DNA of 64,000 nucleotides from Chiloscyllium plagiosum (taxonomy: Eukaryota): positions 70,064,944 to 70,128,943 of the forward strand of contig NC_057711.1 in the NCBI RefSeq assembly GCF_004010195.1, read 5' to 3'. Made by a program: the position numbers and the translations under genes. The stretch's first letter is position 1. Each line of letters opens with the position of its first letter. Positions 51,351-61,900 of the stretch are shown one piece after another. The notes under the pieces were generated by a model, which ran no database searches, had not been told where the DNA came from, and saw only the letters and a list, made by a program, of their open reading frames with translations.

Positions 51351-51479
51351 TGTGGTGGTAACTGGCTCCACCTGATAAAGCCTCAGCACCAACTGCCTTT
51401 GAGCAAATTGATAGATTAGGGGACATTTTGATATATTAATGGTGCAGTTTGTGCACTCGGTGTACTTGTTCATTTTAGG
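51351..51479 (-). pseudogene. Pseudogene A exon (129 bp, phase 0 start, probable frameshift in a C run)
   Basis: gaaatag| PKMNKYTECTNCTINISKC / PNLSICSKAVGAEALSGGASYHH |gtatgt. Confidence 0.55.
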
Positions 51480-52192
51480 CTATTTCTTCAAAGAAACAGT
51501 AAGCATTCAGCTTGGGGTAAATGTAAACTGGTTTATTTGATTATCAAATAAAATTCAACACAAATACAGTGCTAAATAAATGCGGCTTTATTCCACAGAC
51601 ACAGAGATGGTTGTTTTCATTTATTTTTCCAAAAGCATTTCTATGGTTTGCAGAAAATGTGAGTAAATGCCTCACTTAATGAAGATGTGGAAATGTCAGT
51701 GTTGCACTGTGATGGGCAAAATCCACTTAATTATGCATTACCTTTTTGTTCTTCACAAAATTAAGAAGCCATGCAATCTTGCAATGCAATTGATAAGATA
51801 GTTTTACTAGAATTGAAAATGAATACCAATAGGCAAGACTTTGGTGTTTAGGTAGAAATTAACCAATACAATAAAATAATATCACAGAAAAGATTCACTA
51901 CACAACAAATTAACGTCAGTTGGCTGGCTGACAAGTTGGACTTTCAGATGGCTGCTTGATGGCTCCAAGTATGTGATCTTGTGAAATTCCTGAGAAAGAT
52001 ATAGATTTATTGAACATTGGTATAACTTTTGAGGAAAAGTCGTTAAACTATTATCAGTTTTCAGCAGCCTAAACTTACGTTGCTAAATATTACCATTCAG
52101 GCACTTAATGTGTCCACTGCTAAAAAGAGGTTACAAATTGTTTCTGATGTTGGAGTGGCAATGCATGGTAAAAATAATATGGGCAACCTTAC

Positions 52193-52322
52193 AGTGAAGC
52201 GTGTTGTTTAGTTTGCCTGGTGAAGTGGTTTGCTGAAGCCACTGCATCCAAATGCTGTGATTTCTGGTCCACAATTTGCATGTCATATTTCAAATTCATT
52301 TCCTCCCAAAAGTGAGAACTTT
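52193..52322 (-). pseudogene. Pseudogene A exon (130 bp, phase 2-0)
   Basis: ctattcattcattcaacag| KFSLLGGNEFEI*HANCGPEITAFGCSGFSKPLHQAN*TTRFT |gtaagg. Confidence 0.6.
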
Positions 52323-55300
52323 CTGTTGAATGAATGAATAGATTAACAACAATTAAAATGTATATTTGTTGCATCAATTGTAGTACAACAGAGAGTTCAA
52401 ATTAAATAATAGTCAGACTGTCCCTGTAGTCTGCATGGAGAAGAATTTCCTGCTTTTAAGCATGTTGAAGTTTTTGGCATGAGGAGATATTTAAGATATG
52501 CATAAATGGAAATCACACTATTATAACTTGTCTAATGTTTATAGTGTTCCTATGGTCCATTATCCAGCTCTTTAATGCCCAGAAGTGGACAAGAATATAT
52601 CATGTTGGAGTCATTGTGTGTCCTCATATGGGAAATATTGTTATTACGTGCTGCATCTCATCGTGGTTATTGTTTTCCATTTTACATCTTGATTATGTCC
52701 TCTTTTAACAAGATCTCAATAAGATCAGCCATGACCATGTTAAATAGTGGAGCGGGATCAAATTGCCTAATTCTTATGTTCCTATGTTTACCCTGCAATA
52801 TTTATTTTTACTTTGTTGTACTCAGGACTAAAGCATATTTATTCAAAGCATGGTTGATAAGCAATTTGCAAAGATATAGTATATAATCTTCAATGATAGT
52901 GCAATGCTTGAAATGCATTCCATCAGATTTTCATTTTGATGCAAGATGGCGGCAGAGTAACAGGACTGCTTGCAGACTCTTTCCTGAAGCAAATCTACCC
53001 CATCTGCTTTCCTTCTGTGTTTTACGTTTGCTTCTAGTCTTTTCCTTCACCTTATTTTGCTTTTCTTTTGTTTTTTTTTCCCTTTATTCATGTGGCGGGT
53101 TGGTCAGTAGCATCTGGTGTCAGAGTGAGAGTAGCCACATTTGAAGTGGCGATTGTGGCTCTCCCTGGTGATCAGAGGTAGCTGCAGCAGCGAGGTCATT
53201 CTCCCACCATTCAGGACCGGCAGCAATAAGATCAATATCCCACCATTCAGGGCTGGCAGCAGCGAGGTCAATATCTCGCCATTCAGGGCCGGCAGCAGCA
53301 AGGTCAATATCCCACCATTCAGGACCGGCAGGGGCGAGATCAATATCCCACCATTCAGGACAGGCAGCAGCAAGGTCAATATCTTGCCATTCAGGGCCGG
53401 CAGGGGCGAGATCAATATCCCACCATTCAGGACAGGCAGCAGCAAGGTCAATATCTTGCCATTCAGGGCCGGCAGGGGCGAGGTCATTATGCCACCATTC
53501 AGGACCGGCAGCAGCAAGGTCAATATCTCGCCATTCAGGGCCAGCAGGGGCGAGGTCATTATGCCACCATTCGGGGCCGGCAGCAGCGAGGTCAATATCC
53601 CACCATTTAGGACCGGCAGCAGCAAGGTCAATATCCAATCATTCAGGGCCAGCAGGGACCGAAGTCAATATCCCACCATTCAGGGCCGGCATGGGCGAGG
53701 TCAATATCACACTATTCAGGACCGGCAGCAGCGAGGTCAATATCCCACCGTTCCGGACCGGCAGGGGCGAGGTCAATATCCCACCATTCAGGACCGGCAG
53801 CAGCGAGGTCAATATCCCACCTTTCAGGGCCAGTAGCAACAAGATCAATATCCCACCATTCAGGGTCAGCAGGGGCGAGGTCAATATCCCACCATTCAGG
53901 ACCGGCAGCATCGAGGTCAATATCTCGTCATTCAGGACCAGCAGCAGCGAGGTCAATATCTCGCCATCCAGGGCTGGTAGCAACAAGATCAATATCCCAC
54001 CAGTTAGGACCAGCAGCAGCGAGGTCAATGTCTCGCCATTCAGGGCCAGTAGCAACATGATCAATATCTCATCATTCATGACCGGCAGGGGCGAGGTCAA
54101 TATCTCACCATTCAGGGGCGGCAGGGGTGTGGTCAATATCCCACCATTCAGGGCCGGCAGCAGCATGGTCAATATCCCGCCATTCAGGACCAGCAGCAGT
54201 GAGGTCAATACCCCACCATTCAGGACTAGCAACAGCGAGGTCAATATCCCACCATTCAGGACCTGCAGCATCGAGGTTAATATCTCGCCATTCAGGATCA
54301 GCAGCAGCGAGGTCAATATCCCACCATTCAGGGCTGTCAGCAACGAGGTCAATATCCCACCATTCAGGACCGGCGGCAGTGAGGTCAATATCTCACCGCT
54401 CAGGACCGGCAGCAGCGAGGTCAATATCTCGCCATTCAGGGCCGGCAGGGGCGAGGTCAATATCCCACCATTTAGGACCAGCAGCAGTGAGGTCAATATC
54501 TCACCATTCAGGACTGGCAGGGGCGAAGTCAATATTCCACCATTCAAGGCCGGCAGGGACGAGGTCAATATCCCACCATTCAGGACAGGCAGGGGCGTGA
54601 TCAATATCCCACCATTCAGGACTGGCAGCAGTGAGGTCAATATCTTGCCATTCAGGACCAGCAACAGCGAGGTCAATATCCCACCATTCAGGGCTGTCAG
54701 CAACGAGGTCAATATCCCACCATTCAGGATCGGCGGCAGTGAGGTCAATATCTCACCGCTCAGGACCGGCAGCAGCGATGTCAATATCTCGCCATTCAGG
54801 GCCGGCAGGGGCGAGGTCAATATCCCACCATTTAGGACCAGCAGCAGTGAGGTCAATATCTCACCATTCAGGACTGGCAGGAGCAAAGTCAATATTCCAC
54901 CATTCAAGGCCGGCAGGGGCGAGGTCAATATCCCACCATTCAGGACAGGCAGGGGCGTGATCAATATCCCACCATTCAGGACTGGCAGCAGTGAGGTCAA
55001 TATCTTGCCATTCAGGACCAGCAACAGCGAGGTCAATATCCCACCGTTCAGGACAGGCAGCAGCGAGGTCAATATCCCGCCATTCATGGCAGGCAGGAGC
55101 GAGGTCAATATCCCACCATTCAGGGCCGGCAGGGGCAAGGTCAATATCCCGCCATTCAGGACCGGCAGGGGCAAGGTCAATATCCTGCCATTCAGGACCG
55201 GCAGGGACAAAGTCAATATCCCACCATTCAGGACCGGCAGCAGCGAGGTCAATATCCTGCCAATCAGGGCCGGCAGCAGCGAGGTCAATATACCACCATT

Positions 55301-55775
55301 CAGGGCCGGCAGGAGCAAGGTCAACATCCCACACATCAAGACCAGCAGGGGCAAGGTCAATATTTCACCATTCAGGGCTGGCAGCAGCGAGGTCAATATC
55401 TCGCTACTCAGGACCGGCAGCAGCGAGGTCAATGTCCTACCATTTTCAAGGCTGGCAGCAGCGAGGTCAATACCTTGCCATTCAGGATTGTTTGGAGCGA
55501 GGTCAATTTCCCACCATTCAGGACCGGCAGGGGCAAAGTCAATATCCCACCATTTACGGCTGGCAGCAGCGAGGTCAATATCTCGGCATTCAGGACCGGC
55601 AGGCGTGAGGTCAATTTCCCATCATTCAGGACAGGCAGCAGTGAGGTCAATATCCCACCATTTACGGCTGGCAGCAGCGAGGTCAATATCTCGCCATTCA
55701 GGGCTGGCAGCAGCAAGGTCAATATCTTGCCATTCAGGACCGGCAGCAGCGAGGTCAATATCCCACCATTTAGGA

Positions 55776-55982
55776 GAAAGTGAGGTCTGCAGATGCTGGA
55801 GATCAGAGATGGAAATGTGTTGCTGGAAAAGCGCAGCAGGTCAGGCAGCATCTAGGGAACAGGAGAATCGACGTTTCGGGCATTAGCCTTCTTTCCTGAA
55901 GAAGGGCTAATGCCCGAAACGTCGATTCTCCTGTTCCCTAGATGCTGCCTGACCTGCTGCGCTTTTCCAGCAACACATTTCC
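55776..55982. mobile_element. Penelope pLTR fold-back mini-insertion inside the tandem array
   Basis: Near-perfect inverted arms; TSD ATCCCACCATTTAGGA at 55760-55775 and 55983-55998. Confidence 0.93.
55896..55923 (+). ncRNA. Minimal hammerhead ribozyme core
   Basis: CTGAAGA-A-GGGC-TAAT-GCCC-GAAA-CG-TC; palindromic ACGT helix III; helix I weak. Confidence 0.7.
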
Positions 55983-58900
55983 ATCCCACCATTTAGGACC
56001 AGCAGCGAGGTCAATATCCCACCATTCAGGGCCGGCAGGGGCGAGGTCAATATCTCGCCATTCAGGACTAGCAGCAGAGAGGTCAATATCTCGCCATTCA
56101 GGACCGGTAGCAACAAGATCAATATCCCACCATTCAGGGCCGGCAGGGGCAAGGTCAATATCCCACCATTCAGGACTGGCAGCAGTGAGGTCAATATCTC
56201 GCCATTCAGGACCAGCAGCAGCGAGGTAAAAATCTTGCCATTCAGGGCCGGTAGCAACAAGATCAATATCCCACCATTTAGGACCAGCAGCAGCGAGGTC
56301 AATATCTCGTGCTTCAGGACCGGCAGCAGCAAGGTCAATATCCCACCATTCATGACGGGAACGGGCGAGGTCAATATCCCACCATTCAGGGACGGCAGGG
56401 GCGAGGTCAATATCCCACCATTCAGGGCTAGCAGGGCCAAGGTCAATATCCTACCATTCAGGGCTGGCAGCAGCGAGGTCAATATCCTGCCATTCGGGGC
56501 CGGCAGCAGCGAGGTCAATATCCCACCATTCAGGGCCGTCATGGGCAAGGTCAATATCCCACCATTCAGGGCTGGAAGGGACGAGGGCAATATCCTGCCA
56601 TTCAAGACCGACAGGGGCAAGGTCAATATTTCGCCATTCAGGGCTGGCAGCAGCGAGGTCAATATATCCCACCATTCAGGACTAGCAACAGCGAGGTCAA
56701 TGTCCCACCATTCTGGACCAGCAGCATCGAGGTCAATACCTTGCCATTCAGGATCAGCAGCAGCGAGGTCAATATCCCACCATTCAGGGCCGGCAGCAGC
56801 AAGGTCAATACCCCACCATTCAGGACAGGCAGCAGCGAAGTCAATATCTCACCATTCAGGATCAGCAGGGGCGAGGTCAATATCCCACCATTCAGGGCCG
56901 GCAGGGGCGAGGGCAATATCACACCATTCAGGGCCAGCAGCAGCGAGGTCAATAACCCACCATTTAGGACCAGCAGCAGCAAGGTCAATATCTCGCCATT
57001 CAGGACTGGCAGGAGCGAAGTTAATATTCCACCATTCAGGGCCGGCAGAGGCGAGGTCAATATCCCACCATTCAGGACTGGCAGCAGCGAGGTCAATATC
57101 TCGCCATTCAGGACTAGCACAGCGAGGTCAATATCCCACCGTTCAGGACCGGTAGCAGCGACGTCAATATCCCGCCAATCAGGGCCAGCAGCAGCAAGGT
57201 CAATATCCCACCATTCAGGGCCAGCAGCAGCGAGGTCAATATCCCACCATTCAGGCCGGCAGGGGCAAGGTCAATATCCCACCATTCAATATTGACAGGG
57301 GCAAGGTCAATATTTCACCATTCAGGGCTGGCAGCAGCGATGTCGATATCTCGCCACTCAGGATCGGCAGTGGCAAGGTCAATATCCCACCATTCAAGGC
57401 CAGCAGCATAGAGGTCAATATCTCGCCATTCAGGACCGGCAGAGGCGAGGTCAATTTCCCACCATTAAGGACCGGCAGGGGAAAGGTCATTATCCCATCA
57501 TTCAGGGCTGGCAGCTGCGATGTCAATATCTCACCATTCAGGACCGGCAGGGGCGAGGTCAATATCACACCATTCAGGGCCGGCAGCACTGAGGTCAATA
57601 TCTCACTGCTCAGGACCGGCAGCAGCGAGGTCAATATCTTACCATTCAGGGCCAGCAGCAGCGAGGTCAATATCCCACCATTTAGGACCAGCAGCAGCGA
57701 GATCAATATCTCGCCATTCAGGATTGTTTGGAGCGATGTCAATTTCCCACCATTCAAGACCGGCAGGGGCAAAGTCAATAACCCACCATTTACGGCTGGC
57801 AGCAGCGAGGTCAATATCTCGCCATTCAGGACCGGCAGGCGTGAGGTCAATTACCCACCATTCAGGACAGGCAGCAGTGAGGTCAATATCCCACCATTTA
57901 AGACCACCAGCAGCGAGGTCAATATCTCACCATTCAGGGCTGGCAGCAGCAAGGTCAATATCTCGCCATTCAGGACCGGCAGCAGCGAGGTCAATATCCC
58001 ACCATTTACGACCAGCAGCGAGGTCAATATCCCACCATTCAGGGCCGGCAGGGGTGAGGTCAATATCTCGCCATTCAGGACTAGCAGCAGGGAGGTCAAT
58101 ATCTCGCCATTCAGGACCGGTAGCAACAAGATCAATATCCCACCATTCAGGGCCGGCAGGGGTGAGGTCAATATCCCACCATTCAGGACTGGCAGCAGCG
58201 AGGTCAATATCTCGCCATTCAGGACCAGCAGCAGCGAGCTAAAAATCTCGTCATTCAGGGCGGGTAGCAACAAGGTCAATATCCCACCATTTAGGACCAG
58301 CAGCAGCGAGGTCAATATCTCGTCATTCAGGATCGGCAGCAGCAAGGTCAATATCCCGCCATTCAGGGACGTCAGGGCCAAGGTCAATATCCCACTATTC
58401 AGGGCTGGCAACAGCGAGGTCAATATCCTGCCATTCAGGGCCGGCAGCAGCGAGGTCAATATCCCACCATTCAGGGCCGTCATGGGCAAGGTCAATATCC
58501 CACCATTCAGGGCTGGAAGGGACGAGGGCAATATCCTGCCATTCAAGACCGACAGGGGCAAGGTCAATATTTCGCCATTCAGGGATGGCAGCAGCGATGT
58601 CGATATCCCGCCACTCAGGACCGGCAGTGGCAAGGTCAATATCCCACCATTCAAGGCCAGCAGCAGCGTGGTCAATATCCCACCATTCAGGACGGGCACC
58701 AGCGAGGTCAATATCTCGCCATTCAGTACCAGCAGCAGCGAGGTCAATATCCCACCATTCTGGACCAGCAGCATCAAGGTCAATACCTCGCCATTCAGGA
58801 TCAGCAGCAGTGAGGTCAATATCTCACCATTCAGGACCAGCAGGGGCGAGGTCAATATCCCACCATTCAGGGCCAGCAGCAGCGAGGTCAATATCCCACC

Positions 58901-61900
58901 ATTTAGGACCAGCAGCAGCGAGGTCAATATCTCGCCATTCAGGACTGGCAGGGGCAAAGTTAATATTCCACCATTCAGGGCCGGCAGGGGCAAGGTCAAT
59001 ATCGCACCATTCAGGGCTGGCAGGGGCGTGGTCAATATCCCACCATTCAGGACGGGCACCCGCGAGGTCAATATCTCGCCATTCAGGACCAGCAGCAGCG
59101 AGTTCAATATCCCACCGTTCAGGACCCGCAGCAGCGAGGTCAATATCTCGCCATTCATGGCAGGCAGGAGTGAGGTCAATATCCCACCATTCAGGGCCGG
59201 CAGGGGAAAGGTCAATATCCCGCCATTCAGGACCGGCAGGGATGAGGTCAATATCCTGCCATTCAGGACCGGCAGGGGCAAAGTCAATATCCCGCCATTC
59301 AGGACCGGCAGGGGCGAGGTCAATATCCCACTGTTCAGGACCAGCAGCAGCGAGGTCAATATCCCGCCATTCAGGGCCAGCAGCAGCGAGGTCAATATCC
59401 CACCATTCAGGGCCGGCAGGGGCAAGGTCAATATCCCACCATTCAAGACCGACAGGGACAAGGTTAATATTTCACCATTCAGGGCTGGCAGCAGCGAGAT
59501 CGATATCTTGCCACTCAGGACCGGCAGCAGCGAGGTCAATATCCCACCATTTAGGACCAGCAGCAGCGAGGTCAAAATCTCGCCATTCATGACCGGCAGC
59601 AGCGAGTTCAATTTCCCACCATTTAGGACCAGCAGCAGCGAGGTCAATATCCCACCATTCAGGACTAGCAGTAGCGAGGTCAATATCCCACCATTCATGG
59701 CAGGCAGGATCGAGGTCAATATCCCACCATTTAGGGACGGCAGGGGCAAGGCCAATATCCCGCAATTCAGGACCGGTAGTGGCAAGGTCAATATCTCGCC
59801 ATCAAGGACCGGCAGGGACGAGGTCAATATCCCACCGTTCAAGACTGGCAGCAGCGAGGTCAATATCCCGCCATTCAGGGCCAGCAGCTACGAGGTCAAT
59901 ATCGCATCATTCAGGGCCGGCAGGGGCAAGGTCAATATCCCGAGATTCAGGGCCGGCAGGGGAGAGGTCAATATCTCGCCATTCAGGACCGGTAGCAACA
60001 AGATCAATATCCCACCATTCAGGGCCGGCAGGGGTGAGGTCAATATCCCACCATTCAGGACTAGCAGTAGCGAGGTCAATATCCCACCATTCAGGACTAG
60101 CAGTAGCGAGGTCAATATCCCACCATTCAGGGTTAATATTCCACCATTCAGGGCCGGCAGGGGCGTGGTCAATATCCCACCATTCAGGACGGGCACCAGC
60201 GAGGTCAATATCTCGCCATTCAGGACCAGCAGCAGCGAGGTCAATATCCCACCGTTCAGGACCGGCAGCAGCGAGGTAAATATCTCGCCATTCATGGCAG
60301 GCAGGAGCGAGGTCAATATCCCACCATTCAGGGCCGGCAGGAGAAAGGTCAATATCCCGCCATTCAGGACCGGCAGGGATGAGGTCAATATCCTGCCATT
60401 TAGGACCGGCAGGGGCAAAGTCAACATCCCGCCATTCAGGACCGGCAGGGGCGAGGTCAATCTCCCGCCATTCAGGGCCAGCAGCAATGTGGTCAATATC
60501 CCACCATTCAGGGCTAGCAGGGGCAAGGTCAATATCCCACCATTCAAGACCGACAGGGGCAAGGTCAATTTCCCACCATTCAGGGCTGGCAGCAGCGAGA
60601 TCGATATCTCGCCACTCAGGGCCGGCAGGGGCTAGGTCAAAATCCCACCATTCAAGGCTGGCAGCAGCGAGGTCAAAATCTCGCCATTCATGACCGGCAG
60701 CAGCGAGTTCAATTTCCCACCATTAAGGACTGGCAGCAAGGTCAATATCACACCATTTAGGGCTGGCAGCAGCGAGGTCAATAACTCGCCATTCGGGACC
60801 GGCAGCAGTGAGGTCAATATCCCACCATTTAGGACCAGCAGCAGCGAGGTCAATATCCCACCATTCAGGGGTGGCAGCAGCGAGGTCAATATCTCGCCAT
60901 TCAGGACCGGCAGCAGCGAGGTCAATATCCCGCCATTTAGGACAGCAGCAGCGAGGTCAATATCCTACCATTCAGGATTGGCAGCAGTGAGGTCAATATC
61001 TCACCATTCAGGGCTGGCAGCAGCGAGGTCAATATCTCGTCATTCAGGACCGGCAGCAGCGAGGTCAATATCCCACCATTTAGGACCAGCAGCAGCGAGG
61101 TCAATATCTCGCCACTCAGGACTGGCAGGGGCGAAGTTAATATTCCACCATTCAGGGCCGGCAGCAGCGAGGTCAATATCGCACCATTCAGGGCTGGCGG
61201 AAGCGAGGTCAATATCTCGCCATTCAGGACCTGCAGCTGCGAGGTCAATATCCCACCATTCAGGGCCGGCAGGGGCAAGGCCAATATCCCGCAATTCAGG
61301 ACCGGTAGGGGCAAGGTCAATATCTCGCCATCAAGGACCGGCAGGGGCGAGGTCAATATCCCACCGTTCAGGACTGGCAGCAGTGAGGTCAATAGCCCGC
61401 CATTCAGGGCCAGCAGCTGCGAGGTCAATCTCGCATCATTCAGGGCCGGCAGGGGCAAGGTCAATATCCCAAGATTCAGGGCCGGCAGGGGAGAGGTCAA
61501 TATCTCGCCATTCAGGACTGGCAACAGCGAGGTCAATTTCTCGCCATTCAGGACCGGTAGCAACAAGATCAATATCCCACCATTCAGGGCCGGCAGGGGT
61601 GAGGTCAATATCCCACCATTCAGGACCGGCAGCAGTGAGGTCAATATTCCACGCAGGGATGAGGTCAATATCTCACCATTCAGGGCCGGCAGGGGCAAGG
61701 TCATTATCCCACCATTCAGGGCTGGCAGCAGCAAGGTCAATATCCCACCATTCAGGGCCGGCAGCAGCGAGGTCAATATCCCGCCATTCAGGGCCGGCAG
61801 CAGCGAGGTCAATATCCCACCATTCAGAACCGGCAGCAGCGCGGTCAATATCCCACCATTCAGGGCTGGCAGGGGCGAGGTCAATATCCCACCATTCAGG

